Below the pieces are notes generated by a model. It saw only the letters and a list, made by a program, of their open reading frames with translations, had not been told where the DNA came from and did no database searches. Of a stretch of DNA of 64,000 nucleotides, positions 1-13,149 are shown one piece after another (position 1 is the stretch's first letter; each line of letters starts with the position of its first letter). Position numbers and translations under genes: made by a program. Origin of the DNA: Plasmodiophora brassicae (taxonomy: Eukaryota); contig CP145417.1 in the NCBI GenBank assembly GCA_036867785.1, forward strand, positions 806,001-870,000, given 5' to 3'.

Positions 1-105
1 ATGAATTCATGATGATGATTCACTTCCGCTGTACATCCCAGGAGAGGGTACCCGTGCGCTGCTCATCAACGAATATACATATAGGAAACCGGCGCTGAAA
101 TGGTA

Positions 106-1146
106 TCACGGAAGCCCTGCGTCAGACGTTGGATGATCCAGGGCGTTCGCGAGTATCGCAATTTGTCGGAGAAGCTCGGCTCGTTCGTTAGCGACAGGTT
201 CGGGCTCCTTATCAGCACGTTGCGTTCGCAGTTCCCGTTCACGAAGGGCGGCTAGATGGGTCTCGAGAAACAGGCACGTGTGCGCGTCGGACGCCATTTG
301 GGTCTTGAGGTCCAGTGCGACCTTGCCTTGCGCTTCAAACGCGGAGCGAACTTCTTGCTCGATCAGGGCATTGGCTGCAATCTGAGCCTCGATATCGCTT
401 AACAACTTCTGCTGTCGCTTAGTGTCGGACGCCATCTCTTGTACACAGCCATCCAATGCGATTGCGGTTTGACAAAATGTTAGCGCATCAGCATGTGCAG
501 GCGACGATTCGCGTTCGCACAGGGACAGCGTCAGCCCTTCAGAAACAGACGCCCCCGACCTGCACGACGTGCAATCCCGTCGCTCAACAGCGCAGATATA
601 GGATGATGTATCGAGTGGCGATAAGACAAGTGTGTACCGGTTGTGAGTCAGCGCGCTAGTCGGCGCCTCAACACGAGCAGGCGGGCGCTTCACATATCGA
701 TACGCATGGGATCGAAGCAGTTCGCGGCGCCAGGCTTTGCACACCCGGTGCAGGGCCGCAAGCGTATCCAGCCCAAGAAACGTGCACACTGCGGGCCAGG
801 TAGCAGGTTCCGGCCGACGTCGTTCGTCGGCCTCATGCGAAACAATGCAATTCTGGATATCCAGTTGCGACGCAAGCGTGTCAATGTGGGCGTGCTGCGT
901 TTGCAATGCGGCCCGCGAACGGTCGGCATCATGGCATAGGCGATCCGTGGCTGACGACAGGTCGGCGTCCTCCACACGCCATCGTTCGATCTGGCTCCTG
1001 GCATATTCGAGCGTGGCGACCGCCGCACGACGCTGACCGTCCGCGTGCCGCTCGCGGGCCGCCTCGTTCGCCAGTGCCGCCCGCTCCAGGTCTGCACAGG
1101 CCGCGACCGCCCGCGCTGCCAGCACAGACACGTCGGCATCCGCCAT
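106..1146 (-). CDS. Hypothetical coiled-coil protein with a central F-box-like motif (exon structure uncertain)
   Basis: 346-aa ORF rich in heptad-like A/E/R/L/Q segments; WPAVCTFLGLDTLAALHRVCKAWRRELL resembles an F-box. Confidence 0.55.
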   Translation of the reverse strand: MADADVSVLAARAVAACADLERAALANEAARERHADGQRRAAVATLEYARSQIERWRVEDADLSSATDRLCHDADRSRAALQTQHAHIDTLASQLDIQNCIVSHEADERRRPEPATWPAVCTFLGLDTLAALHRVCKAWRRELLRSHAYRYVKRPPARVEAPTSALTHNRYTLVLSPLDTSSYICAVERRDCTSCRSGASVSEGLTLSLCERESSPAHADALTFCQTAIALDGCVQEMASDTKRQQKLLSDIEAQIAANALIEQEVRSAFEAQGKVALDLKTQMASDAHTCLFLETHLAALRERELRTQRADKEPEPVANERAELLRQIAILANALDHPTSDAGLP

Positions 1147-1374
1147 GGCCCCGTTGCAGTCCCACCTGAAACGCCGCGACTGTGTTCACCGATCCGTTCC
1201 TGCACAACAGAGCTGTAATCGATGGACGCGTTCCTGTTGGTTATTGCTCTGAAGGTCTCGTTCGTAACGCCTCGGTTGCGTTGCGCAGCTACAGCTGCAC
1301 TGTGGGGGGAACCCGAACCCGGCGCCGGTGGCTCCGTCATTTTGAAAAGCAGCTGCTGAGCTGCGGGTCGCAGG

Positions 1375-4145
1375 ATGCGCCGCGTGGCGATTCGGGTCTG
1401 GGGTCGAGCCCGCCTCCCTAGGCGCCCGTGCAGCGGCCATGTCGCAGTGTCGGCGGGCGAGGTCGCGTGTTCGACGGTGCCCAGCGATGCGGTCGACGCT
1501 GCACGGTTGCTGTTGCTGGGCCCGGGGCGGACGCCAGCGGACGTTCCCGATCGACGGACCGGCACCGCATCCGAGCCGGAGCCGCCCTCAGACAACAAGA
1601 TGACGCACATGCTGCACGAGGTATTGAAATCTCGTCCGAACGACCTGGACGCGTTGAACGAAATCGCGATTACGATGCGCAAGCACCGAGGGCGTCTGCG
1701 ACCGAAAGCGCTCGCCAACGCCCTGCATTCGATCTCGAATTGCACGACGTTCCAGCTGACTTCGCCTGTCCTCCAGTTGCGCCAGGCGCTCATCGAACGG
1801 TTCATGACGAGCCTGTGCAGGAGCGACAAGACGACCCCGAACGATATCGCGCAAGCGGTGAACGCGATGAGGAAATTCGCCCCGCAGGCCGTCCATCATG
1901 CGTCGTCCCGCGCTGTCAATCTACTACCTCAGTACGGTTCCAGGGACCTGGCGCTGACGATCAACGCGTTCGCGACGTGCCACCCTGACTCCATCCGTCC
2001 CGCCAAATGGAGGGCGCTGGCCGAACGGGCGTCCCAGCTCTTCGTAACCTGTGATCCTCGAACGCTGGCTCTGCTCATACGTGCGTTCATGGTCTCTGGG
2101 CGACCATTCGATTTCGATGGTGCCATCAGGGCGTGTACTCGCGTGGTCGGCGAGTTCGACTACGTATCGATGGGAATCGTTCTTTCTGTATTGCATGATG
2201 CGAAGATGACGGACAAGATCCCATGGGCTGCGTTCGTTCCACGAATCAGCGAGCTCCTACCCAATGTCAACCCCCGGGCCCTGGTATGTGCCACAGATGA
2301 CATATCCAAGGTTTGATCTGAACGGCGTTTGTGTTCCAGTCGAACATCACACGGGTTGTGTGCAGCGTCGCCCCTGCCAACGCACCGCTGGTCCTGTCAC
2401 TTGCCGCGCGAGCCATGGAGATGGAGGATCAACTTAACGCGGACGACGTGTCGACGCTGCTTCAGGCGTTTCGCCAACCGAGCTTCGAGCTCGTCTGCGT
2501 TCTTGCCCATCGGGCAAATGTCGTCCAGGACAACATGTCAGCGTCATCCGTTGCCAACGTCGTCCGTGTCCTGTCGTACCATCCGGGCATCGAGCGGAAC
2601 GTTATCGTTCAGCTCGCTGGTCGAGCACTGGAAGTCCTTCGGGATGCAACCGCCCACGAAGTCGCTCTGCTGGCGTTCGCGTTCTCCCATCACGGTCTAC
2701 CGCTGGCTCCAGTCTTCGCGAACTTCGCCGATCGTGCACTTCAGTTGCGAGCCGACCTGAACGCCATCGACGTGTCGATGACTCTGCTGGCCTGCGTGAC
2801 GGCAGGGCACAGTGACGAGGAGTTCGTCCGACAGGTACGTCTTCAAATGTCGATCGATAAGCGCGCTCACCTATTGTCCCATTAGCTTCTTAAACGTGCT
2901 GCCGAGGTGAGGGACGACCTGAGCGCGAACCACGTGTCGGCGATCTGTCTAGCGCTGACGCGGTCGGAACTACCGATGGATTCGTTCGATATCGAAGCGA
3001 TACGGCATCGTTATTTGGCTGTCGCCCATTCGATGACACCGACGCAGCACGCCAACTGCCTGCACGCGTTCGTGCTGGATCCCTGGGCGTCCGTCACCTG
3101 CATTGAGACGGCCACGAAGTACCTGAAAGCCATGCCGCCCGGTGACACGGTCAGTGCTCTTCTTGCCGTTGCCGTTACGCCATTGGCAATGCAGTCCATT
3201 GTCGACCCGATTGTCCATCGAGCGGAGCAACTCCTTCCAACCATGGACGCCGACCAGCTCGCCACGACGCTATGGGCGCTTGTCTCTGCGAACAGGAACC
3301 GGCCCGATCTATTCGACAAACTTCTTGGGCGACTGGTCCCAATCGTCACCGACACGAACCACCGGGTTTCCGGGAAGGCCCTGGCGAACATGATGTGGGC
3401 AGGAGCCTATGCGTCCCTTGTCGGGTTCGACGAGGTCGCCAAGGCTTGTGTATCCCGGGCGGTTCACACTGATGGCGTCGAGGCGCAGGCACAGGGCATC
3501 ATTGCATGGTCCATCGCCGCCCTGGACCTTGTCTCCGTTGAGGAAAAGCATTTGAGGGGCCTTTGGTCGCGTATCGTTCAAGAGTTCCACGAGAATGAAG
3601 CCGCGTATCCAGCGTCCACGAAGCGGCTCTGGCTCACGCAGCTGTGGCTTGCCTATTACTGGACCGCCCTTCACTTCCCGAACGTATTCCAGTACGTGAA
3701 CAAGACGTCGTTGTCGGCGCTGACCTCTTTAGGTCACGCGACAATGGTGAGATCGCGACGCGAACCTGAACTTGGGTCATTGCAAGGCGACATCGTTCGA
3801 CTAGTTCGAGACCTCGGCGGGGCCGACAACGTCCAAGAAGAATTCGAATGTCCGACCACTGGGTACCACATCGACCTGGTCTACACCAGCCCGGTATCGG
3901 GTCGTCGGGTCGCCCTCGAGATCGACGGCGGCACGCACCTGTTCGGCGATCGCATCAACGGTGCAACTGTGCTCCAGAGCAACCTGCTTCGGGCGGCAGG
4001 ATGGTCCGTCACCCGGGTCGATGCCGCCACGTGGACGGGCATCGGTTTCGACAAGGTCAAGTTTGTCATCGACTTCCTAATGCGGGCTGACGCTACCGAA
4101 ACGAAGGAGCATCCGACGGAGGCTCCTCCTGATACGACTGTATAA
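1375..4145 (+). CDS. Helical-repeat protein with C-terminal RAP domain (FASTK/OPR-like organellar RNA-binding protein); introns 2284-2339 and 2835-2885
   Basis: Three ORFs join in frame via GT-AG introns. Repeated helical motifs (LATTLWAL, LANMMWA, IIAWSIAAL); RAP motif YHIDLV...VALEIDGGTH...LLRAAGWSVTRV. Start codon uncertain. Confidence 0.8.
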
Positions 4146-4189
4146 CAGCTCGAATACAATTAGTCTGTGTTCAGCATATTCTCAGGACG

Positions 4190-6365
4190 CTAAGCAGCAG
4201 GCACTGCAGCCTGCTTCTTGGCCCTTTTCGTTTCGGGACCGTCGGGCTGAGAACCTTTGGACCTCCTCGCCGACTTCTTGGTCGCCTTAATGGCGGAGAG
4301 GACTTCGTCGAGCCTGGCATCGGTCGCACCCTGTTCCACAGTGGCGGGGGCAGGGCCCGGCATGTCCACCTTGCGTCGCTTCTTCTTCCCGGCCTTCTTC
4401 GTCTTCTTCGACTCGCTCTTCCAGACCTGTTCGATCTCCTGATCGGCAATCTTGCCCACGGCCTCATCACCATCGTGGTCCTGCCCGCCTGGACTGCTTG
4501 CCTCGACGATCCCCAATGTCTTAACGAACTCTGGATCATCTTCAAGAATGTCGGCAAAAGCCGCTTTGGCCCGCGTTCCTCGAGTCTGCGATGCTTCCCA
4601 TTCCCTTTCATCACGCTTGAACTCGGAGATCTTCAGCTTAGCTAGGCGTCGCAGGCGTCAGACCATTGCAGCACAACTGCGACTGAACACAACCCTACCT
4701 AGCACAACGGCGCCATGCTGGGTTCCACTGATCTCCCTGTAGTTATCCCGGAGGTGACCAGCAATGATCTTCTTCCGGGACAGGTCCGTGCCCAGGTACA
4801 ACTTTTCAAGGCAGAAAGATCCATATGGGTTCGACGCGAGACGGACATACTCGCCAGCGAGCTGGTCCACGAGTCGATTCCTGTTACGAGCCTGCAGAAG
4901 CGGCGATGCCAGAAGAGATTCCAGAGCGCGACTGCCAGACTTGCTGCATGCGATGTCGGCGATGCCTTCCGTGTGCAGGAAACTGTCGACGACGGATTGA
5001 CAATCGTCGAGTCGCAGCAGGGCCTGCAGGAGCCGGCTGCCAGCATCGCCAACGTCCCCAGAAAGGAGCTTACTGACAAGCGACTTGTCCTGAGCAGGGT
5101 CGCGGATACCCATGGCTGAGTACACCGCCTTCAGAACGGGTTTCTCCTCGATCTTGAAACGGGAACAAAGGTCAACGAGAGCGACGACCACTCCGACCCG
5201 ATTCCGCTGGACGAGCTCAGGGACCACATCGACTAGTTCGCGAACGCACATCATCGCCTGAGCCGCGTCTTTCATGGACGCCAATACCCGCTGAACGACA
5301 TGGTTCGCAGATGCGCCTAGCGACATGTTGTGTAGATGTCCTTTGAAGGAACGTAAGAACAAATTCTAAACATCCAACAGATTGAGCAACGTAATGGCGG
5401 GGTGTACCCCGAACCAGCCGTACCTGGAACTCAGATTCGGGGAGCGATGACACCAGACACTCAATGAGATGCGACGCACACCGGTCATTGATCAGAATTT
5501 CAAACTGACGCGTGTCGTCGCCGACCACCACACCAGCGATACGCTTTACAGCAGTCTGCATCTTGCGGTCAACAAGGGCTTTGATGAGGCATTGCAGAGT
5601 TGCGCTGCCAGAGGCGGATGCAGCGACTTCCGCAAGCGGCAATGCTGCAATGGCGTTCTCCAGCGAGGAGAGACAGCGACGCATTGATTTATGCTGCGAC
5701 GTTAGCGAGATCAGTTGACGAACGACATGAGACGCCTGAAACGCGTAATCAGATGATGCTGGAATGGGGTGGCGTTTAACGGGTTCACTGACAGGCGTGT
5801 TTTCGAGAAGTGTCTTGAGCTCAGGGACGACAATTTCGACAGAGTCCTCGATGAGCTGGGTCATGGAGGGGACGTTCCGTGAGTCGATCTCACACTCGGA
5901 CGTGTCCTCGTCGGTTCCAACAATATCACCAGCCCGTCGCAGTACAGCCTCGATGACATGGGACGCGCAACGGTCCACACAGAGAGGGAGGAAGACGCTG
6001 TGCAATCGCGAGAGCAGATTCCGGCATAGCGCTGGAGAGCATGTTGCGACCGCCTAAATGACGTTAGTTGCTACAGTTGCGTAATCAGCTGCCCGGACCG
6101 ACCTTCTCTAGCGCAGAACTTCCCAGACGGTTCACACAGAGCCTGTACTCCTTGCTTGTCGTCTCCTGGATAGCTCGATCACAGATAAGCGGCGCTTCAT
6201 CCGGTTCGGCATTCTCAAGCATTTCTGCAAGGCCCCGATAGTACGAGATCGTGTCCTAGACAGGCAGCACATGAGTACTGCTGACAAAGTCACAGAAAGC
6301 GACTAACGAACATGATCAAGACGCGGGCCCTTTTCAGCCTCACTGATCGGGTACAGTTGCTCCAT
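4190..6365 (-). CDS. NOP9: Nucleolar protein 9 (Pumilio-repeat 18S rRNA maturation factor), multi-exon
   Basis: PUF-type repeats LCVDRCASHVIE, LINDRCASHLIE, IACSKSGSRALE, LASNPYGSFCLEKLY; N-terminal DTISYYRGL; Lys-rich C-terminus. Confidence 0.8.
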
Positions 6366-6370
6366 AGCGA

Positions 6371-6775
6371 ATGCTGTCGGCTGACGTCAGTGGCTTTCCG
6401 CAGAACTCCGTGACGGACTCCGTGCGGGCCCTGCTGAACGCCGTGGTACGAGCACACCCAGGGGGGTACGATAACTGGGACAGGACGCAAAGATGCTACG
6501 GTAGTACAGACAACCTACGATACAACTACATCCATGGGCCTGGTATCCTGGCCAACCGTCAACCCTGAGTTGTCGTTAAGCGCCCCTTCCCAGTGGTCGG
6601 TAAATTCTTCGATAGTCAGGGCGAGAGAGCGTTTCGTAACGCCTTCGTTGACGACGTCGAACGGTACGTACTGAACAGTAACGCTCCGAACAAGCATCTC
6701 AACGAATTCGATTTTAAGGTCCAGCCATCCATCGACCGTTACTCGTCACGAACAGATATGAGCTGTGTGCTTTGA
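6371..6775 (+). CDS. Small hypothetical protein; putative intron 6543-6593
   Basis: ORFs 6371 and 6593 join in frame across GTATCC...TTCCCAG to give ...YNYIHGPVVGKFFDSQGERAFRNAF...; no recognised family. Confidence 0.4.
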
Positions 6776-6856
6776 GCTCAAGGTCGACCTTAAAGGAAAA
6801 AGGCTGGACCGGAACCGCCCTACTATATTGTAACCACCACGACATTCGGGAAGCAG

Positions 6857-7369
6857 TTAGGACGCGACAACTCCAAGGGCCAGCGCCATCTTGTTGTTGA
6901 CATCAATAGCGATCTGCGCGACGGCTTTCTCTTTGTCGTCCTTGGCGCCCGCCAGGCTGCCTTCGGCTTCTTTCAGGTTGGCCTTGACCGCTTCTGGATC
7001 CAGCTCATCCAACGGCACGGCCTCGACAGCCGAAATATCCGTCGTCGAATTCCCATGGACGAACGCGAACCCGCCCGACACGAAGTATTTGACCGGATCC
7101 TTGCCGTCGCCGAACTCGATCGTCACGACGCCGGGTTGTAGTTCCGTGACGACGGGAACGTGCCCGGCGAGGACACCGAACTCCCCGTTGGGCGACGGGA
7201 TCGTCACCTGGCGCACCTCCTCGTTCTTCACCAGGATCTGATGCGGGACGACCATGTTCAACCGCAGTTTCGACGGCACGCCGCCCGCCGACCCGGCCTC
7301 ACTCGCCCCGGCACGCAGCACCGCCCCCGCCCGGAACCCACGTGCAGCCACACGGCACGCTCCCAGCAT
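6857..7369 (-). CDS. ATP16: Mitochondrial F1Fo ATP synthase subunit delta
   Basis: Presequence MLGACRVAARGFRAG, then LRLNMVVPHQ, GEFGVLAGHVP, YFVSGGFAFVH, ISAVEAVPLDELDPEAV; single exon. Confidence 0.95.
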   Translation of the reverse strand: MLGACRVAARGFRAGAVLRAGASEAGSAGGVPSKLRLNMVVPHQILVKNEEVRQVTIPSPNGEFGVLAGHVPVVTELQPGVVTIEFGDGKDPVKYFVSGGFAFVHGNSTTDISAVEAVPLDELDPEAVKANLKEAEGSLAGAKDDKEKAVAQIAIDVNNKMALALGVVAS

Positions 7370-7724
7370 CGTCGTCCTCTGCCCTCCACCCCCGGGCACA
7401 AAACTATTCCAACTGGCACCAACAGTGTGGTCGAAATTTGCCACGGCCGCCCCGCAGCTCTTCTGAGGGCAACCGCGTCGCAACTCGCAACACTCCGTCA
7501 CGTTTTGATTTCCCCATGCGACTCCCTCATTTTTGTCGTCCACAACAAGTGGCTCCACGTTCCGCGACTGCGATGATCCATGATGACCCCGATGTATGCT
7601 GACATATGATTAATCGGGCGCGCTGCTCGAGTTGATGCTTGGCGACCAATTCTATCGGTAGCACAACTTACCATCGTCCGCCGGTCCAAAGGTCACTATT
7701 CAAACTATCTGGACAAACAGAATC

Positions 7725-8186
7725 GTGCAAATGGTGGTGAAAAAGCTGAGGATCAGCCGCGACAAGGTGCTTAACTGTCCTCATGCACGGGTTCCTGGTA
7801 ACCCAGCCACGATCATCAACGACGTTATCGAAACATTCCTGTGCAGATCGAACGAGAGGCGCTGGCCGTTGTCCCTACGAATCGCGAACGCGTTTGGAGC
7901 GATGGACATTCGCGTGTCGTGGGACGACCTCGTAGCATGCCGCGTGTTTCAAATCTGGACACGAGACGGGTGCATTGTCTGCCAGAGCGAATCGGCAATG
8001 ACAGCGATCGACCTCGTGTTTGAGTTCCTCCCCGATACGGCTTGCTATAACCTGTCCCTGGTGAATCGTGAGCACAATCGCCAGCCACGTGTGCACCTGG
8101 TCAACACTCGCCGCGAGGCATTGCAGAAAGCGGAGCACCTTCTCACGCTCGCCATTGGATCAATTGGAGCTAATACGACTGACTGA
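7725..8186 (+). CDS. Hypothetical protein, possibly with an F-box-like segment; boundaries uncertain
   Basis: 153-aa ORF filling an intergenic gap; IDLVFEFLPDTACYNLSLVNR is weakly F-box-like. Confidence 0.3.
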   Translation: MQMVVKKLRISRDKVLNCPHARVPGNPATIINDVIETFLCRSNERRWPLSLRIANAFGAMDIRVSWDDLVACRVFQIWTRDGCIVCQSESAMTAIDLVFEFLPDTACYNLSLVNREHNRQPRVHLVNTRREALQKAEHLLTLAIGSIGANTTD

Positions 8187-8244
8187 ATAGGGCTGAACTA
8201 AGAGATGCATCGTGAATAAAGAAATCCAAACCCACGTTTGCCAC

Positions 8245-8880
8245 CTAAGCGATCTGGATTTCGCCCTTGCCGTGTCCTTTCACGACCACCTTGACGTATG
8301 CGGGATCGTTGTTCTCCACTCGGATCTCAACGTTGTGGTCTCCTAGCGTGCGAATGATCTCGGTCTTGATATTAGACGTTGGAATGTCAATGTTGTACTT
8401 TGCGAACAGGAGATCCCCAATGTCCTTAGCTAAGGAACACGTCACAAACGTCAGCGATGCCAGCTTCATCGAATGGCCCTGGAGCCATACCTGTCACGGA
8501 TCCATACAATTCAGAATTCTCGTTCGCCCGACGTTTAAACGACAGGACGATCTGGCTCAGTCGGCGACGGGCGGCGTCCCGCTGCCTCTGGACCCGAACG
8601 GACTCAAGCCGAGCGTCATTCGGGTCGATGGCGTGCTTCTGCAGGTTCTCAGGCGTGCCATACATTGCAATACGCTGCGGAACCTGCAACCATGCATGAC
8701 GACGAATGCATGCGACGGGGGCGCTGACGTGGCACCCACCAAGTGGTTCCGCGCGTACCCGGCACGAACCTCCTTGACCTCGCCGGCGTACCCCAACTGC
8801 GGGAAGTCCTTGACCAGGACGACCTTGACCCGAGTTCGGGCACTGAACGCCCGTCGGCCCCACGTGACGCCGGCAAACAT
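8245..8880 (-). CDS. MRPL9: Mitochondrial ribosomal protein bL9m, 3 exons
   Basis: L9 N-terminal signature [37 protein letters not shown]-terminal domain LYGSVT|AKDI...[11 protein letters not shown]. Confidence 0.9.
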
Positions 8881-9006
8881 CGCCACCGCAGCGATTCAAG
8901 ATCAACAATGTCGGCCACGGACAATGCCCAGGACAGCGTAACAACAACAACCCACTCCGCAGGCAGCTCTGAGCTCTGATTGACGACATAGCGTCCGACT
9001 TGCCGT

Positions 9007-9445
9007 TTATCGGAATGCGTTTCGTACTTTAGAGGCGGTGACTGGCGTGAACAGCGCCACAGGGATCCAGCTGCCAAGGCCGATCGCGACGCCGAGTGAG
9101 AGAAGCGTCAGCGTCCAGATGCGTGGGTTCACGGTTTGGTCGTAGACCTGCAGTGGGGGCATGTTACGACGGGTTCCCGCTGTGGTCTGGGTGACACGTT
9201 TACCGTCGTTGTCGTCGGATTCGCAGGCTGGCGCGGGCATACGACGAAGAACAGGATCGTCAGGAACGACATGAAGAATCCGATCATTGTGAATAGCCTG
9301 TGGTAAACATGAGCCGTATGGACAGTGATGTGGGAGATCTGGCAGACCCCGGCGTTGTCGAGTACGATCCGAGCCACACGATGATGAGGCTTGCCAGCAG
9401 AATGATTGCGATCGCGAAGATGCCGTCCCCGACGCCGGCGATCAT
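9007..9445 (-). CDS. TMEM218: TMEM218-like ciliary transition-zone protein (3 TM), 3 exons
   Basis: MIAGVGDGIFAIAIILL... / ...ILFFVVCPRQ / VYDQT...RIWTL... follows the TMEM218 pattern (GVGxGxF, xxPR, third TM). Confidence 0.7.
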
Positions 9446-9630
9446 GGCGCACCGTCACTCGAAACACTGGTCAGTTCCTCCGACGCGGCCCTCTCCTGCG
9501 GCCACGATTTCCGCAAGGTCTGATCAACTCTGAAACGGTACGCTTCGTTCATTATCGGTCCCCAGACGCCAAGCGCCCCAGCGCAGAAACGCAACGGAGC
9601 CGGCCAAAGCGCGCACCGCTGCGGACTGCG

Positions 9631-10156
9631 ATGGATGACCTGGATGCTGCGTTCGACAGCGTTTTGTTTCTCGAACAAGAGTTTGCTGCTGCCGGCAGGA
9701 GCAACGGGTTGGAGGGCATCGCACACTTGACGCAGGAATATCGATTGATGTTTGCCGCAGTATCGAAGCTGGCCGGGCATCAGCGGCGGAGACAGCGTTT
9801 GGCAAAGGCCAGGCGCTCGGGCGCGCACTTGGACGTGAAATTGGATTCTACAGAGGATTTCTCCTTGGACTGGAGACTGGGGCAATATTCGTCGCCGTAC
9901 CTGAAAGGTAATTCGACTGACTACTGCGTACGAAGGTTCTGAACGCGGTTTCAGAGCGCGAAAAAGTATTCCCAAGCTGAAGCATGCGGTGAACCTTGTT
10001 GAACAGTCTGTGCGGTCGTTCGACGCAGACGATTTCTTGCAAGGACGCTTACGGCTTGCACGTGCGAAATTTCGTGCACTTACGAAGGTCCTCGAAATCG
10101 ACAATCGTCTAGAGATCATTGAGCCCAGACAAGGCGCTCCGTGTGGATCGTTCTGA
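9631..10156 (+). CDS. LTO1: LTO1/ORAOV1 (Yae1_N family) protein; first intron 9708-9760
   Basis: FDSVLFLEQEF, GxxxG repeat GQALGRALGREIGFYRGF, and LARAKFRAL. Confidence 0.8.
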
Positions 10157-10649
10157 ACGTCATTGTGGTACGGCTAATGCGAGACGCGATGGGCATATGA
10201 AATTACCCATTCTGCTGATGTACCGTTAACACGCCGCCCCACTGGGAACGATTGGTTACCTGCCTAGCCTCACGGGACCATCGTCATTGGTATCCAAATA
10301 TTCGTACACGAAATATGACGTTTCCGTCGCATAAGGTTTTCGCCGCATCATCACTCGTGGCCCGTTCGTCACGAAGGTCGACTTGGAACAAAGGTTCCGG
10401 CTGGACGAAGATGGCACTGTCTCCTGGCTATCTTCGTACTGTGTTCGCCTTCCCGTTTGTCGAGATGATCGACACGTCGCTGTGGACGGCGCAATTGTTC
10501 ACGACGTCGTCAAGCCCGCTAACCGTTGCTCTTTGGCGTGTGTCGCTGTCCACCTGCATGCTTGCTAACAGACGCTATCACGCACGCTGATGTTGCACGT
10601 CGCGTACACAGTGACAATTTGTGACTGATGATGTGGTCCCTGCAAATCA

Positions 10650-10721
10650 GCCCGAGTAGCGAAGTGGTAACGCGTATCCCTCCTAAGGATAAGATCGCCG
10701 GTTCAAGCCCGGCCTCGGGTG
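10650..10721 (+). tRNA. tRNA-Arg(CCT)
   Basis: Acceptor GCCCGAG/CTCGGGT, anticodon stem TATCC-CTCCTAA-GGATA, T arm GCCGG-TTCAAGC-CCGGC, followed by a T-run. Confidence 0.95.
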
Positions 10722-11125
10722 CGACTCTTTTTGGCTCCGCTGTCGTACTGCAGAAGCAGAGGCGGCGACCATGCGACGAATGTACGTAACACACAGCTAT
10801 TGTACTTACCGTCATACAAGACCCCTTAATCACCACGTCGGATTTAGCCATGACCCGCAAGTCAAGCACAGGCGGATCGGTGACCCGACTAATCGCAACC
10901 TCAAGACTCAAGTTGCTGCTGCCCACGGATTTAGCTCTACGGTGACGTGGCATGGCCGACGCCGAGGACGGGATGGGATGATACAGCTCATTGGGAGATT
11001 GGTTCGAGAGTCTGCACTTCAGTGTGCCCAAGCAGTGGCAGGCTCTCAAAACGGAAAGCATTGAAATCTGCGACCCCCTCGTCTATTTACTCTATATACG
11101 CAGTACTATACGTTCTCGGCCACCA

Positions 11126-12973
11126 ATGAGCAGTGGCAGTACCGCCAGCGACGCTCTTCGTGAGGCATGTCGAGAAGGAGATTCCGCTCGGGTTCGGCAA
11201 CTGCTAAACCTGGTAACGAAGGGGCGCACTAAACCACCGGATCCGAATACGGCAAACGGGTGGTGCCTGCAGGCGTTGTGCGAGCGGGGACACCTTGAAT
11301 GCCTCAAGCTCCTACTCTCCCATCCTAATTTTCATGCTACAGCGTGGGAGAACGCAGGCTTACGTTGTGCAGTGCGACGTGGTACGTGCCCTCTCCAGAC
11401 CGCAATTTGCCACAGCACCATGACGCTGTGTGCAGACCATACCCACGTTGTGGAGTACCTTCTTCAATGCCCGGGCGTCAACCCTGCTGATTCCGCATCC
11501 TGGGCACTACGAAAGGCGGCGCTGAACGGGAACACGAGCGTGGTCAAAGCGCTTATCGATGACGCACGCAGCGACCTGACCGCCCATGCCAACTACGCGC
11601 TGAACGTTGCCGTCAAGGGTAGTCGCCACGATATCGTCCACATGTTGCTGGAATCGCCCGCAGTTCGCAACGCCGCTATGGACGGCGTCGCGCTCGTGTA
11701 CGCTGCCTCCGACGGCGACCTGGACCTGGTCGAGCTGTTCCTCAGCAAGATCCCCTGCATCGACGCCAGCGCAGGTGACAGCTTGGGGTTCGTGAACGCT
11801 GCTGCGAATGGTAGGACAATCTCAAGCTCCTGGGTCGCAGGTACCTGACCGCTTCCCACAGGCCACACGCGTGTCTGCCGTCGATTGCTACAGGAACCCG
11901 GCGTCTCCGTTGCCGGGCAGTCCCACGACGCCATTGTCTACGCGGCCTTGTACAACCATTACGAGTCAGTGTTGTACTCGGGTATCGTGTACGTGGCATT
12001 GTTCCTCATAGTGACGCGCAGGACTTTGCGGTTCCTGCTGGACTGTCCTGGTGCAGACCCTGGCGCGCAGCAGGGCGCCGCGCTATGCTGGTCGGCCAGC
12101 AACGGGCATACGAGTATCGTCCAGCTCCTCATTGGGGACGGACGCGTACCTGTCAATAGCCGCGGCGGTGCCCCATTGGTACCAAACGTGCCCCTGTAGC
12201 GCAGCGTCATTTAACATCACCGTGTTAGTTGAATGCGGTGAAGAACGGTCACTTGGAAACCTGCAAGGTGTTGCTCGCGGGTGGAGCGGACCCAGGGCTC
12301 CGCGAGAGCGAATCGTTGATCTTAGCCGTCACGTATGGGCATGTCGACCTGGTGGCGTTGCTGGTCGAACTCGAAGCCGTAGACGCGAGCGCCCAGAACT
12401 GCAAAGCGCTCATGTCGGCCGCAGGGCAAGGCAACCTGATGATTCTCAAGGCGCTTGCCAGTCGTAATGATACCGGAATGAGGTCACGAGGATCTGAGGC
12501 GTTAACCATAGCTGCCAGACGTGGGTGTGTCGACATTGTTGATTACCTGCTACGAAACGCGGACGTTGATCCTTGTACGACGGTTCATGAAATGCATGCC
12601 AACCGGGTTTTAACCGCTGTCAGGTGACGGCGACGGGATGGCGTTATTATGGGCAACGTTGGAAGAGCACACTCCTGTCGTCCACCGTTTGGTCCGCGAC
12701 AGCCGCGTTGCTGAGTTCGTTGTAAGCTACGGGTGCCGTCGGAGGCCGGCATTAATTGCACAGGCAATGGAACAGGTTCGTGATGAGTGCCGTGAAGCGA
12801 TTTCGATGGCGTTCGCGATACGAGGCCATCGCAGCAATATCTCACTTCCAGTCGAGTGCCAGAATCTCATCATAGTGTTCGCGTTCGGTGATTTCCTGCC
12901 CGACGCAGCCACCATCGACTGTATCTGCAAACGCATTCGGAAGAAGTCTCAGCGGCGCTTGGATCGCACCTAA
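11126..12973 (+). CDS. Ankyrin-repeat protein, copy 1 (6 exons)
   Basis: Repeated ankyrin motifs (ALRKAALNGNTSVVKALI, ALCWSASNGHTSIVQLLI); five short GT-AG introns shared with copy 2. Confidence 0.9.
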
Positions 12974-13149
12974 TGCACGGACGGGAAATACGACACTACG
13001 TATCATATCGTTGCCTGGTTTAACCATCTTGTTTGTCGTTCCGAGTAATTGCAAGTAGTTCCAACTGGTCACATCATTCCATCCTCACTGTCGTTCGCAA
13101 CAGTTGCGTGTTAGAACAGTCCATATCGGCGTGGTAGGTCTTTCGCCAA

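Noticed and set aside
690-1829. 379-aa minus ORF and many similar long antisense or shadow ORFs across the window
   Set aside because: They overlap better-supported genes, are Arg/Ser/Pro-rich and are expected by chance in GC-rich DNA.
7370-7558. 63-aa N-terminal extension of ATP synthase delta in the ORF track
   Set aside because: Starts at a non-ATG codon; the ATG at 7369 begins a typical mitochondrial presequence.
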